The position numbers and the translations under genes are program-made. DNA of 64,000 nucleotides, from contig CBDCTJ010000007.1 in the NCBI GenBank assembly GCA_965222115.1, forward strand, positions 1,344,001 through 1,408,000, read 5' to 3'. Source of the stretch: Planctomycetota bacterium (GTDB lineage: Bacteria; Planctomycetota; PLA2; JAEUHO01). This document shows positions 51,784-62,271 of this stretch, piece by piece. The notes under the pieces were generated by a model. The model saw only the letters and a program-made list of their open reading frames with translations, did not search any database and was not told the DNA's origin. Within the stretch, counting starts at the first letter, position 1. Each line of letters begins with the position of its first letter.

Positions 51784-51964
51784 GTAAGGGGAGTTCGATC
51801 TGCGACCGTAGCTGGGGTGCGCCAATTGCGTCTCCACGACGTTTGTTCGCAATCGCTTCGCGGCGTCACGCAGCGGTCATTGACCACGGCGACAGGCCCG
51901 CGAGCCGCGTGAAAAGAATTCGAACGGGTTGATTTCAACTCGTCTGCTGAAGGAGAGCCATCCC

Positions 51965-53590
51965 ATGGGGGCCAAGCAACTCAGCTTTGATCAAGATGCC
52001 CGCGAACTGATCCGTTCGGGCGTTGAGAAACTCGCCAAGGCCGTCAAGGCCACCTACGGACCCCGTGGTCGCAATGCGGTCATCGACAAGGGGTGGGGCA
52101 GTCCCAACATCACCAAAGATGGTGTGACGGTTGCCGAAGAAGTCGAGCTCAGCAATCCCTACGAGGACATGGGCGCGCAACTTGTCAAAGAGGCCGCCAC
52201 AAAAACCTCCGACGTCGCGGGCGACGGCACCACCACCGCCACCGTACTTGCCGAGGCGCTCTTCCTTGCGGCACATAAGTTCGTATCCGCGGGTGCAAGT
52301 GCGTCGGCAATTGCACGCGGTGTGCGTGAAGCCACCGCCGAGGTTGTCAAGTCGCTTGAAAAGATGTCTCGCAAAGTGTCGGCCGACAAAGCCCACGTGA
52401 AACACGTCGCCACCATCGCGGCCAATGGCGACACCGAAATCGGCAGCATGATCGCCGAAGCGATGGACAAGGTTGGCAAGGACGGCGTCATTACCATTGA
52501 AGAGGGCAAGACGCTCGACACCGTTGTGAATGTCATTCAGGGTATGCAGTTTGATCGTGGCTTCTTGTCGCCGCATTTTGTGACCGACACCGAACGCATG
52601 GAAGTGGTGCTTGAACGCCCCTACGTGTTGATCTGGGAAGATAAGATTTCGGCGGCCACCAAGCTCGTGCCGTTGCTTGAGGCCGTGTCCAAGACCGGTC
52701 GTCCGTTGTTGTTGATTTCGGAAGATGTCGATGGCGATGCACTCGCCACGCTCGTGCTCAACAAGTTGCGCGGCGTTGTTCAGACGGCTGCGGTCAAGGC
52801 ACCGGGGTACGGCGATCGTCGCAAGGCCATGCTTCAAGACATTGCTGTGCTGACCGGTGCAAAGGCACAGTTCAAAGACCTCGCACCCGACCTTGAGAAT
52901 GTCACGATCAAGGATCTCGGCACCTGCCGACGCATTACGATCACCGGTGACAACACAACGATTGTGGATGGTGCGGGTTCTGCCGCCTCGATCAAGACGC
53001 GCATTGCGACCATCCGCCGCGACATGGAAACCACCGACTCCGACTACGACCGCGAGAAGTTGCAAGAGCGCCTTGCCAAGCTCGCGGGTGGCGTAGCGCA
53101 GATCGAAGTTGGCGCCGCAACCGAAACCGAAATGAAAGAGAAGAAGGCGCGCGTCGAAGACGCGCTTCATGCCACCCGCGCAGCGGTGGAAGAAGGCATC
53201 CTTCCCGGTGGCGGTACCGCGCTCGTTCGTGCAGAAAAGGCCGTTGAAGCGCTTCTGAAGAAGTTTAAGGGCGACGAGGCAATGGGTGTGCAGGCCGTGT
53301 TTGACGCACTTTCGGTGCCGCTTCGCACTGTGGCCGACAACGCGGGCTTTGAGGGTCACGTGGTGCTTCGCATGGTGCGCAAGGCCGCGTCGGCGATGGG
53401 CTTCGATGCCACCGTGGGCGAACTCAAGAACATGTTCGACGCGGGCATTGTAGATCCCACCAAGGTGGTGCGCGCGGCGCTTCAAAACGCCGCTAGCGTT
53501 GCCAACTTGCTCGTGTCCACCGACACGTTGATCGCCAATCTTCCCGAGAAGGAAGAGCACGAAGATCACCACCACGATCACGACTTCTAA
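51965..53590 (+). CDS. groEL: Chaperonin GroEL (His-rich C-terminus)
   Basis: [28 protein letters not shown] and GIVDP; ends [10 protein letters not shown]. Confidence 0.97.
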   Translation: MGAKQLSFDQDARELIRSGVEKLAKAVKATYGPRGRNAVIDKGWGSPNITKDGVTVAEEVELSNPYEDMGAQLVKEAATKTSDVAGDGTTTATVLAEALFLAAHKFVSAGASASAIARGVREATAEVVKSLEKMSRKVSADKAHVKHVATIAANGDTEIGSMIAEAMDKVGKDGVITIEEGKTLDTVVNVIQGMQFDRGFLSPHFVTDTERMEVVLERPYVLIWEDKISAATKLVPLLEAVSKTGRPLLLISEDVDGDALATLVLNKLRGVVQTAAVKAPGYGDRRKAMLQDIAVLTGAKAQFKDLAPDLENVTIKDLGTCRRITITGDNTTIVDGAGSAASIKTRIATIRRDMETTDSDYDREKLQERLAKLAGGVAQIEVGAATETEMKEKKARVEDALHATRAAVEEGILPGGGTALVRAEKAVEALLKKFKGDEAMGVQAVFDALSVPLRTVADNAGFEGHVVLRMVRKAASAMGFDATVGELKNMFDAGIVDPTKVVRAALQNAASVANLLVSTDTLIANLPEKEEHEDHHHDHDF

Positions 53591-53709
53591 GTCGGGATCA
53601 CTTTAAAACGGCAGCGCGGCTCGCCCGGGCCGCTCCCCTCGTTCAATTTATTTACAGTTTGACCTTGAAGGACGCAGCGCGTCTTTGCCTTCCTGGAGAT
53701 TCACCAACC

Positions 53710-54000
53710 ATGGCTATTCATCCCCTTGACGATCGCATCGTTGTAAAGCCGGTCGACGCCGAAACCAAGTCCGCGGGTGGCATCTTGCTTCCCGATAGCG
53801 CCAAAGAGAAGCCTCAGCGTGCCAAGGTTGTAGCTGTTGGCGAAGGTCGATTGACCGACAGCGGCAAGCGCGTGGCCCTTTCGGTTAAGAAAGGCGACGA
53901 GATCCTTTTCGGCAAGTACGCTGGCACGGAAATCAAGTGGCAGGGAACGGAATACAAGATCCTGCGTGAGAACGAAGTTCTCGCCATCATCGAAAAGTAG
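53710..54000 (+). CDS. groES: Co-chaperonin GroES
   Basis: [21 protein letters not shown] and KYAGTE motifs. Confidence 0.97.
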   Translation: MAIHPLDDRIVVKPVDAETKSAGGILLPDSAKEKPQRAKVVAVGEGRLTDSGKRVALSVKKGDEILFGKYAGTEIKWQGTEYKILRENEVLAIIEK

Positions 54001-54065
54001 GAACGACAAGAAGTCGTTGCCTCCCTCGTACCGTTAATCGATTTCAAGAAACAGGACCCCTCCTC

Positions 54066-55673
54066 ATGGCTAAGCAATACCTCTACGACATTGAAGCGCG
54101 CCAGCGCATTGCCAGCGGTGTGAAGCAACTCGCCGACGCGGTGCGCGTCACGTTGGGACCCGCGGGACGCAATGTGATTGCTCAAAAGTCCTTCGGCAAC
54201 CCCACCATCACGCGTGACGGGGTAACCGTGGCCAAAGAAGTCGAGTTGGTAGACCCATTCGAGAACATGGGCGCCAAGCTCGTGACCGAAGCGGCTCAGA
54301 AGACCAACGATGTCGCAGGCGACGGCACTACGTCGTCCACGGTGTTGACCGACGCGATTCTTCGCGAAGGTCTCAAGGCCGTGGCTGCCGGCGCGCAGCC
54401 CATCGCACTGAAGCGCGGAATCGACAAAGCGGTTGAGGCCGTTGTGGCGCGCATCGAATCGATGGCGAAGAAGGTCACGACACTTGCCCAGAAGGCTGCT
54501 GTTGCCACCATTTCCGCCAATCACGACACCGAGATCGGCGATCTCTTGGCCGAGGCGGTGGACAAGGTGGGGCGCGATGGCGTCATTACGGTTGAAGAGG
54601 GCAAGACCACCGAAACTGTGCTCGACTTTGTTGACGGTATGCAGATCGACAAGGGATTCCTGTCGCCCTACTTCATCACCGACACCAAGGACCTCACGTG
54701 CGTGCTCGAAGACGCCTATGTATTGCTCTACGAGAAGAAGCTCAGCAATCTGCGCGACTTGATTCCCGTCCTTGAAGCTGTCGCCCACGCCGGTCGTCCG
54801 CTCTTGGTGATTGCCGAAGACGTTGAAGGCGAATGCTTGGCCGCGCTCGTGGTCAACCGTTTGCGTGGTGCGCTCAAGGTTTGTGCCGTGAAGGCGCCCG
54901 GCTTTGGTGATCGTCGCAAGGCCATGATGGAAGACCTTGCCGTGCTTACTGGCGGCACGTTCATTAGCGAAGACCTCGGTCTCCAGCTCGACAACGTAAC
55001 GGTCAAGGAACTTGGCACGGTCAAGAAGGCCATTATCAGCAAAGACGACTGCACGCTCAGCGAGGGTGCTGGCAAGAAGAAAGCCATTCAGGCTCGTATT
55101 GCGCAGATTCGCAATCAAATCGAAGCATCCACGTCGGATTACGATAAGGAAAAGCTGCAAGAGCGCTTGGCCAAGCTTCAGGGTGGCGTAGCGGTCGTCA
55201 AGGTCGGCGCGGCAACCGAACTTGAACTCAAGGAACGCAAGTACCGCGTGGAAGACGCTCTCAATGCCACACGCGCTGCCGTGGAAGAGGGCATTGTGCC
55301 TGGCGGCGGAGCCACGTTGATTCGTTGCATTGAGGCGCTCAGCAAGCTCCGCGTGCGTGGTACCGATGAGAAGATGGGCGTAGACATCATTCGCAAGGCG
55401 CTTGAGGCCCCGCTTCGTCAGATCGCAAAGAATGCCGGCGAAGTGGGTGCCGTCATTGTGGACGAGGTGCTAAACGGAAAGTCCACCCACGGGTGGGACG
55501 CGAAGGACCGCAAGTTCGTCGATATGTACAAGGCAGGCATTATTGACCCCGCGAAGGTCGTGCGCGCCGCACTTCAGAACGCCGCGTCGATCGCAGGCAT
55601 GATTCTCACCACCGAAACGCTGATCACCGACCTCAAGGACGAGGACAAGTCGGCGGTTGGCGCCGAGTTGTAG
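54066..55673 (+). CDS. groEL: Chaperonin GroEL (second paralog)
   Basis: [20 protein letters not shown] and [10 protein letters not shown]; no GGM tail. Confidence 0.97.
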   Translation: MAKQYLYDIEARQRIASGVKQLADAVRVTLGPAGRNVIAQKSFGNPTITRDGVTVAKEVELVDPFENMGAKLVTEAAQKTNDVAGDGTTSSTVLTDAILREGLKAVAAGAQPIALKRGIDKAVEAVVARIESMAKKVTTLAQKAAVATISANHDTEIGDLLAEAVDKVGRDGVITVEEGKTTETVLDFVDGMQIDKGFLSPYFITDTKDLTCVLEDAYVLLYEKKLSNLRDLIPVLEAVAHAGRPLLVIAEDVEGECLAALVVNRLRGALKVCAVKAPGFGDRRKAMMEDLAVLTGGTFISEDLGLQLDNVTVKELGTVKKAIISKDDCTLSEGAGKKKAIQARIAQIRNQIEASTSDYDKEKLQERLAKLQGGVAVVKVGAATELELKERKYRVEDALNATRAAVEEGIVPGGGATLIRCIEALSKLRVRGTDEKMGVDIIRKALEAPLRQIAKNAGEVGAVIVDEVLNGKSTHGWDAKDRKFVDMYKAGIIDPAKVVRAALQNAASIAGMILTTETLITDLKDEDKSAVGAEL

Positions 55674-55674
55674 C

Positions 55675-55740
55675 GTCGCAGCAATCGGGTCGCGGCAGTC
55701 GGGTCGCAGCAATCGGGTCGCAGCAATCGGGTCGCAGCAA
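55675..55740 (+). repeat. 14-bp tandem repeat (GTCGCAGCAATCGG) x4.7
   Basis: Head-to-tail units immediately after the groEL stop. Confidence 0.9.
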
Positions 55741-55814
55741 ACAATGCGTACGGTTCGCAAGCATTGATTGTTCAGCAGAATAACAATCCTCAAACTCCAC
55801 GGTAGGATCGCGTC

Positions 55815-56969
55815 GTGCCGAACAACGGAAAACGTGATTACTACGACGTACTTGGCGTGTCGCGAGACGCGTCCGATCAGGACGTAAAAAAGGCCTATCG
55901 GCGTCTCGCGCTCAAGTACCACCCCGACAAGAATCCGGGTGATGACGAAGCGGCCGCACGTTTCAAAGAAGCGGCGGAAGCCTATGACGTGCTTTCCGAT
56001 TCCGAAAAGCGCGCGCGCTATGACCAATACGGTCACGCGGGTGTCGATGGCCAAGTCGGGTTCTCCGACGCATCCGACATCTTCGGTGCGTTTAGCGAGA
56101 TCTTTGGCGACTTCTTTGGTGGCGGACGACGGTCGCGCGTGGCGCGTGGAGCCAGTCTGCGCGTAGAAGTCGTCGTCCCGTTTGAAGAAATGGCCGAGGG
56201 CATCACCAAAACGCTCTCGCTCAAACGTCGCGTTCGATGCGATACGTGTGAGGGCGCCGGTTCCGAAGACGGTCGCCCACCGGTGTCTTGTCCCACATGT
56301 GGGGGCGGTGGTTACGTAGCAACCAACCAAGGCTTCTTTTCCATGCGCCGCACCTGCCCGCGCTGCCACGGCGGTGGGGGCGTGATTGAACGGCCCTGTA
56401 AACGTTGTTCCGGCGAGGGACTCGTTGCGGGCAAACGTGAAATCGAATTGCAAATTCCCGAGGGCATTCACGACGGCGTTGTGTTGCGCATGACCGGCGA
56501 AGGCGAGCCCGCGCCGCGCGGTGGTCATCCCGGCGACCTCAACGTGATTGTGCGCGTGCGTGATCACGACCTCTTTGTGCGTTCCCCGGAAGATCCTGCC
56601 GACTTGTTGATGGCCGTGCCGGTACCGGTAACAACGGCGATTCTCGGTGGTCACGTCGAGATTCCGTCGTTGCTTGGAACGGTTACGCTCGATGTGCCGT
56701 CGGGAACCAAGCCCGGTGCGCTGTTGCGCGTGCGCGGCGCAGGTCTGCCACGCTTTCAACGTAGTGGCCGCGGTCACTTGTATGCCCGTATCACCTACGA
56801 CGTTCCGTCCCGTCCGAGTCGCAAGATGAAGAAGGCGCTTGAGGCCCTTCGCGAATTGGAACAACACGAGTCGGGCCCGGCTCGACGTGCGTTTGCCGAC
56901 GATGTTCGTCGCTATGAACAGCAGCGCGAACGCCGCGCTCGTAAGAACGCCAAACACGCCTCCGACTAG
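55815..56969 (+). CDS. dnaJ: Chaperone DnaJ
   Basis: J-domain HPD, G/F region and four CxxCxGxG repeats. Confidence 0.97.
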   Translation: MPNNGKRDYYDVLGVSRDASDQDVKKAYRRLALKYHPDKNPGDDEAAARFKEAAEAYDVLSDSEKRARYDQYGHAGVDGQVGFSDASDIFGAFSEIFGDFFGGGRRSRVARGASLRVEVVVPFEEMAEGITKTLSLKRRVRCDTCEGAGSEDGRPPVSCPTCGGGGYVATNQGFFSMRRTCPRCHGGGGVIERPCKRCSGEGLVAGKREIELQIPEGIHDGVVLRMTGEGEPAPRGGHPGDLNVIVRVRDHDLFVRSPEDPADLLMAVPVPVTTAILGGHVEIPSLLGTVTLDVPSGTKPGALLRVRGAGLPRFQRSGRGHLYARITYDVPSRPSRKMKKALEALRELEQHESGPARRAFADDVRRYEQQRERRARKNAKHASD

Positions 56970-56984
56970 GCGCGAGAATGAACC

Positions 56985-57686
56985 ATGAGTGACGCAGAAA
57001 CACCTGTATCCGGTAAAGACAAGAGGGCCGACGCCGAGTCGCCGATTGGCCGTGCCGATGAATCAACGGATGCGGCGGGCGCCAACGATGCGCCCGCACC
57101 GAACGAAGACACAGGCGCAGTTGACGCCAGCAAAGACACCCCTCCGCTTACGACCGAGCAAGAGCTCGAGCAGGCCAGGGAAGAAATTGAGGAGCTTGGC
57201 AACAAGTTGCGCCGCGTTGAGGCATCGTTCCTCAACGAAACCAAGCGCATGCGCAAGAACGCGGAGAACCAACAAAAGTTCGCCATCGAGCGTGTGATTG
57301 TGGATCTCTTGCCGGTTCTGGATGCACTCCACAGCGCGCGCGCGGGCTTTGAGCGTGTGGGCGAAGACGAAGGCTCCGCCATTCGTGGGCAGATGATCGA
57401 GGGTATGGACCTAATCGAAAGGCAGTTCTCCACCGTTTTGTCGCGCCACGGTGTGGAGCCCATCGACGCGATGGGTACTGCATTTGATCCCTCTGTTCAC
57501 GAGGCCATGATGGTGCTTGAGCAAGAGGGCGTGGACGTGCAGACGGTGACCGAAGTATTTCGTCCCGGATACACACTTCACGGTCGCGTGGTGCGGCCCG
57601 CGCAAGTGGTGGTGGCTAAGCCGGCCACGCCGTCGGGGCCATCCGATTCATCTGATGCGGCGGAAGTGGGTGAGGTGAACGAGTAG
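56985..57686 (+). CDS. grpE: Nucleotide exchange factor GrpE
   Basis: LLPVLD, FDP..HEA and GY.L.GRV.RPA.V.V motifs. Confidence 0.95.
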   Translation: MSDAETPVSGKDKRADAESPIGRADESTDAAGANDAPAPNEDTGAVDASKDTPPLTTEQELEQAREEIEELGNKLRRVEASFLNETKRMRKNAENQQKFAIERVIVDLLPVLDALHSARAGFERVGEDEGSAIRGQMIEGMDLIERQFSTVLSRHGVEPIDAMGTAFDPSVHEAMMVLEQEGVDVQTVTEVFRPGYTLHGRVVRPAQVVVAKPATPSGPSDSSDAAEVGEVNE

Positions 57687-58067
57687 ATGCCTACCTACGA
57701 CTATGCATGCGATGCCTGTGGTCATCGCTTTGAACACTTCCAGAGCATGTCGAGCCGAAAGCTCCGCACGTGTCCCAAGTGCAAGGCCAAGAAGCTGCGG
57801 CGTTTGGTTGGCTCAGGCGCGGGCGTGATTTTCAAAGGCAGTGGCTTCTACGAAACCGACTACAAGCGTGCGGGTTCATCGTCGAACGACGCATCGTCCA
57901 AGGAGGCAGCGTCCACTAGCGACGCATCAGGCGGTTCCTCTTCAGAAACGAAGTCTTCGGAATCCACGTCAACGTCCGACACCAGTTCATCGTCGAGTTC
58001 CAAGTCCTCGGACGACAATTCCTCGGGAAAAAAGTCCTCGGATAGCGCGTCTTCGTCCAGTGAATGA
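57687..58067 (+). CDS. FmdB-family zinc ribbon protein
   Basis: MPTYDY.C..CGH.FE..., CP.C, FKGSGFY.TDY and a Ser-rich tail. Confidence 0.92.
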   Translation: MPTYDYACDACGHRFEHFQSMSSRKLRTCPKCKAKKLRRLVGSGAGVIFKGSGFYETDYKRAGSSSNDASSKEAASTSDASGGSSSETKSSESTSTSDTSSSSSSKSSDDNSSGKKSSDSASSSSE

Positions 58068-58476
58068 TCCGTTGCCTCGTTCCGATGCGTCCAACGCCGG
58101 CCAACTCACGTCGTGGCCGTGCCCAACGTGTGGAACGAGCGTGACCCTGACCGGCGAACCGTCGCAAACGTCGTCACCCTCCAATGCATCCACATCGCGC
58201 CCAGCCGATGAAGCGGGCGAACACGACGGCAACAAGAACCCGTTCCGCCCCTTTTGTTCGTCCAAATGCAAGTGGATCGACCTCGGTCGGTGGCTCGATG
58301 GCAGCTACACTGTGCCCGGCGCCCCCGGGATGTTCCTCACAGGCCAGGCCGCGGATGGCCCGGCCGTGGATGCCTTCTATCATCAACCCACATTTCCCGG
58401 ATCCGAGCCGGAATCGGATCCACTGCATGAAGGTGGTGATGACAGTGAAAACGCGTCGCGAGATCGAGATCGCTGA
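58060..58476 (+). CDS. yacG: DNA gyrase inhibitor YacG-like protein
   Basis: CPTCG...RPFCS.KCK.IDLGRWL...Y.VPG, with an insertion between the Cys pairs. Confidence 0.85.
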   Translation: MNDPLPRSDASNAGQLTSWPCPTCGTSVTLTGEPSQTSSPSNASTSRPADEAGEHDGNKNPFRPFCSSKCKWIDLGRWLDGSYTVPGAPGMFLTGQAADGPAVDAFYHQPTFPGSEPESDPLHEGGDDSENASRDRDR

Positions 58477-59626
58477 GCGCGTTTCCGTTGATCGCCAACG
58501 CGCCGTGGATCGAATGTTGTGGCGCGCCACCGGTCGTGCCGCCAACGACGGTCGCAAGCGACTTCTCGCGGTACTTGGCGTTTTGTTGACGGGCCCCGTG
58601 TGGTGGGCGGGTGCGTTTGCGTCGCGGTTGATAGCCAATGGCTGGGGCGACGCGACGACAGGCATCACGCGTCCCTTCGAGTATGTGCTTACGCCACTCA
58701 AACGCGCGTACTACGCCGACCACGACATTGGCATGTTTGGCTACCTCATGTGGTTGTGGGTGTTGACGGTTTTGTTGTGGGGCTATTTCGGCGGCGCCAT
58801 CAATCGCATGGCAGCGACCGACATTGCGCGTCCCGACGGCGATCGTGAGGATGCGAGCGATGTACGGGCCTTTGCGAGCAAACACTGGCGCACGTTTGTT
58901 GGTGCGCGGTTGGCACCTTGGTTCGGGGTCGCGGCACTGTTGGGTGTCATTGTGTTGCTTTCGTTTGCGGGGCGCTTGCCGGGTGGGTGGGGGCAAACAG
59001 GCAAGATCATTGCCGTACTTGCATCGATTCCCCTTGCGTCGTTGGCAGTCGTTCTCGCATCGCTGCACACGCTTACCGGTTTCTTGCAGGCACCGACGAT
59101 TGCTTGTGAAGATGCAGATCTCTTTGATGCGCTCAGTCGGCCAAACGTATATGCCGGAGCCGGCCGCTCACGACTTGTCGGAACGCGCGTGCGTTATGCG
59201 TGGGGCGCCTTTGCGGGCATTCTTTGGCAGCTGGCGCGCATGGTGGGAGCGCTTTTGCTCGCTTGGGCCTGCATTCGCGTGGGTGCCGGCACCGACGGTT
59301 GGGATCGCGCCATGGCCGTCATTAAGGCCTGGGGCGTGCCGCCCGATGCGGAGCGACTTGGCATCACCATGTGGGACTATGTCGTTGCCGGCACCGTCAT
59401 GTTGGGCATCACCGCGTTGGTCGTGTTCTTCGTTGGTAGCGTGATTGTGCGCGTGATCTGCGGACGTACGGCGTCCTATCTTTCACTCCGGCATGCCGTG
59501 GATGGCACACCTACCGATGTCATTCACACGCCGGTTCGCGCGACGTATGCCATGAGCGTCGAATCCGCGGGCAACGAAGCGAGCACGCGCTTTTCTTCCG
59601 AGCCGCTGACAAAGCGGAGGGTGTAG
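58445..59626 (+). CDS. Multi-TM hypothetical membrane protein (start uncertain)
   Basis: Several TM helices; 'W..FGGAI.R.A' and 'Y..LR..VDG' motifs. Confidence 0.7.
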   Translation: MKTRREIEIAERVSVDRQRAVDRMLWRATGRAANDGRKRLLAVLGVLLTGPVWWAGAFASRLIANGWGDATTGITRPFEYVLTPLKRAYYADHDIGMFGYLMWLWVLTVLLWGYFGGAINRMAATDIARPDGDREDASDVRAFASKHWRTFVGARLAPWFGVAALLGVIVLLSFAGRLPGGWGQTGKIIAVLASIPLASLAVVLASLHTLTGFLQAPTIACEDADLFDALSRPNVYAGAGRSRLVGTRVRYAWGAFAGILWQLARMVGALLLAWACIRVGAGTDGWDRAMAVIKAWGVPPDAERLGITMWDYVVAGTVMLGITALVVFFVGSVIVRVICGRTASYLSLRHAVDGTPTDVIHTPVRATYAMSVESAGNEASTRFSSEPLTKRRV

Positions 59627-59630
59627 CGCT

Positions 59631-60410
59631 ATGTCGAGTGTCGTCGCGACGAGTGTGCCCGTACTTGAGATCTTTAGCACGGTGCAGGGAGAGGGTCCAA
59701 ACGTCGGCATGCGGCAGATTTTTGTTCGCTTGGCGGGGTGTGACTTGCGTTGCGCCTTCTGTGATACGCCCGAGTCCTATCCCACGCCGAAGCGCGCTCA
59801 CGTTTGGTCTCCCACCGTGCATGCCAATCCCACGTATCTGATAAACCCGGTGACTATCAATGACGTGCTTGATTCAGTTGCTGCGCTTCACGCCGACGTG
59901 CCGAGTCATCGCGCCGTCTCCATTACGGGTGGCGAACCCTTGTTGCGTCCTGGAGCAGTGATTGCCATCGCGAAGGGCGTTCGTGCATTGGGTCTACGGG
60001 TTCATTTGGAAACGGGTGGGCACCGTCCGGACGCATTGGACCAAGTCCTGCCACACGTCGATGGCGTGAGTCCGGACATCAAGATCGAGAGTGCCTGTGG
60101 CGTGCCTACGCCGTGGGACGCGCACCACGCGAGCCTGCGTGTGCTTGCCAAGGACCCGCAGAAAGTCATCGCCGTGAAAGCCGTAGTTTGTGCGACGACG
60201 ACCGCCGAAGAAGTCACACACGCCGCGCGCGTTGTTGCGACCCATCTGCCCCATGCGCCATTCGTGATTCAACCGGTCACGCGACTCGCGCCCGATCGAC
60301 CTGCCGAACCGTCGGGCGACCATCTGCTCGCGCTTCAAGCCGCCGCGTCGCGATTTCACCGAGACGTGCGCGTGATTCCCCAGCTTCATCGCGTCTTGAA
60401 GCTTCCCTAG
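59631..60410 (+). CDS. queE: 7-carboxy-7-deazaguanine synthase (radical SAM)
   Basis: EIF.TVQGEG, F.RL.GC.LRC.FCDT, ITGGEPL, LET.G and PQLH motifs. Confidence 0.9.
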   Translation: MSSVVATSVPVLEIFSTVQGEGPNVGMRQIFVRLAGCDLRCAFCDTPESYPTPKRAHVWSPTVHANPTYLINPVTINDVLDSVAALHADVPSHRAVSITGGEPLLRPGAVIAIAKGVRALGLRVHLETGGHRPDALDQVLPHVDGVSPDIKIESACGVPTPWDAHHASLRVLAKDPQKVIAVKAVVCATTTAEEVTHAARVVATHLPHAPFVIQPVTRLAPDRPAEPSGDHLLALQAAASRFHRDVRVIPQLHRVLKLP

Positions 60411-60464
60411 CCCGTATTGGCCGATAGGTTTTCGTCTGTCCATGCGCAATCCACGAGGTATCTG

Positions 60465-61733
60465 ATGAACAACGGTCTGCTCTGGAGTCTCTTGTGGATC
60501 GTTACACTTGGCGCCGCATTTTTTGTTGGGCAGTCGCTCGCCGGTGACGGCGGAGCCACCGACGATTTGCCAAGTGATGAATTGGCTGTGCTGCGCCAAG
60601 AGAACGAACGACTTCGTGGTGAGCTTTCGAACCGAAACGCGCCTTTACTTGGCGGTCGTGATGATGGCGAGCGCCGAAACGGTGGCGCATCAACCACTAC
60701 ACGTGACGGTGGTGATTCAACGAATCGGAGCGGCTCAAGCGGTGCCGGTACCCTGTCGAGTTTTCGCCTCGCCGGTCATGCCGACCCCGATATTGCGGTG
60801 GCGGAGTTTCTGGATTACGCCCGCACCATGTTGGCGCGGGGCGAAGAGGGGCATCTTCAGTTGCTGCGAACGTTTGATGCGATTCAGCGCGGCAGCAAGG
60901 GGCAAGCGTTTCGCCGCTTGTTCGGCGATGATTTCCAATCGTCGCGCTTTCTCTATGAAGTCATGCGCTTTGGCGTAGAGCATGAACGCCAAGTGGCCGC
61001 CATGACCGAGACGATTTTTCGTGCCATGGCAAATGACCCCGACTCGTTGAGTGAGTTTGATGACGATTCGTTTGAGGTTTTCACCGAAGGTATCGCGTTG
61101 CCCATGCCCGCCATCGTCGATCGCGCCACGATGGATCGGCTACGAGGCTATGCGCGCACGGTGATGGAGAAGGACCGCAGCCAATTGCCCAAGTCGCTTC
61201 GGAACATGCATCGGCACATGCGAAACGTGTTGCGTGCGTGGGCGCCCCTGACATCGCTCGATGACGCGTCCACACGCCTCAGTGCGGGCAACTTGCCGCT
61301 CGACGAAGCCACGGCGTTGTTGCGTCGCATGTCGAAGGAGCAGTTGAAGTCGGTGGACGTCGTATCAACATCGGCGAAGCTGCTTGAGAGCGGTGATTCC
61401 GACATCCTCAACTACTTTGAGAACGACCGCATTGTGAAGGTGCGCGAACAATTGGACCCGTACGTATTGAAAGGCATGGCGCAGAAGAAGTATGCCGATC
61501 ATCAGTTTCGTGCCTACCTCGTGCGCACCGGCCGTGGATCGTGGGATAAGGCGCGCCCGCTGATTGACGAGGCGCTGAAGTTAGGCGGCGGCGCGCCCAA
61601 TCGTGTCTTGGCAGCCGCCGTTCGCCTTCGACCGCCGCCCGACAGCGATTGGATTCGTTGGGCCCTCGATCACTACGCGCTTACACCCGCGGTCGAGAAG
61701 TCGATTCGTGATCGCTACAAGCTCGGTAAGTGA
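60465..61733 (+). CDS. Membrane-anchored hypothetical protein
   Basis: GAGG RBS, N-terminal TM, short coiled coil and helical remainder. Confidence 0.7.
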   Translation: MNNGLLWSLLWIVTLGAAFFVGQSLAGDGGATDDLPSDELAVLRQENERLRGELSNRNAPLLGGRDDGERRNGGASTTTRDGGDSTNRSGSSGAGTLSSFRLAGHADPDIAVAEFLDYARTMLARGEEGHLQLLRTFDAIQRGSKGQAFRRLFGDDFQSSRFLYEVMRFGVEHERQVAAMTETIFRAMANDPDSLSEFDDDSFEVFTEGIALPMPAIVDRATMDRLRGYARTVMEKDRSQLPKSLRNMHRHMRNVLRAWAPLTSLDDASTRLSAGNLPLDEATALLRRMSKEQLKSVDVVSTSAKLLESGDSDILNYFENDRIVKVREQLDPYVLKGMAQKKYADHQFRAYLVRTGRGSWDKARPLIDEALKLGGGAPNRVLAAAVRLRPPPDSDWIRWALDHYALTPAVEKSIRDRYKLGK

Positions 61734-61764
61734 CGCGTTGCCCGATGGCGGTATCGTAGTTTCC

Positions 61765-62247
61765 ATGCGCATTCAGATCCTGCGACTCATTCCCTGCCTA
61801 TTGCTCGTCACGCTCGTGTCCGTCGGGTGCGGGACCAGCGAAACAGACCAAGGCAAGTATCACGACATCGCCGGCGAGTGGGTCGTTGACATGAGCAAGG
61901 TCAAGTCGTCGTTGCGCGAACACCTGATTCCCAAAGACGTGATGACGCAAATGGGGAAGGATCGCAAGCAAGGCATTTTGTCATTGTTGGGTAGCTTCTT
62001 GGTCACCATCAAATCCGACGGATCCTATGAAATGCTGGGCCTATGGCGCCTCCCACACTCGCTCGACGTGTCAGCGATCTTGGGGCACTTCGAGAAGAGC
62101 GAGCGGCACTATCGCGTCTATGACACTCGTGGGAGATACACACCCACGCGTACGCTTCGTCAGATCGACGACGGTCTTGTGCTGCAGTTTCACGATCAAC
62201 AGGCGTGGCTGAAAGCACTTTACCTTGTGCGCAAGCCGACCAAGTAG
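61765..62247 (+). CDS. Hypothetical lipoprotein
   Basis: Lipobox SVGC; lipocalin-like 'G.W' near the N-terminus. Confidence 0.65.
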   Translation: MRIQILRLIPCLLLVTLVSVGCGTSETDQGKYHDIAGEWVVDMSKVKSSLREHLIPKDVMTQMGKDRKQGILSLLGSFLVTIKSDGSYEMLGLWRLPHSLDVSAILGHFEKSERHYRVYDTRGRYTPTRTLRQIDDGLVLQFHDQQAWLKALYLVRKPTK

Positions 62248-62271
62248 GCACGCGACGTGTAGAGTAGGCGC

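Noticed and set aside
55675-55740. Possible mini-CRISPR array
   Set aside because: Units are contiguous 14-mers with no spacers, and there are no cas genes in the window.
51935-56957. Long antisense ORFs opposite groEL, groEL and dnaJ (548, 448 and 495 aa), and similar ones opposite mfd, purH and prfB
   Set aside because: Shadow ORFs expected from codon bias in GC-rich conserved genes; they have no motifs of their own.
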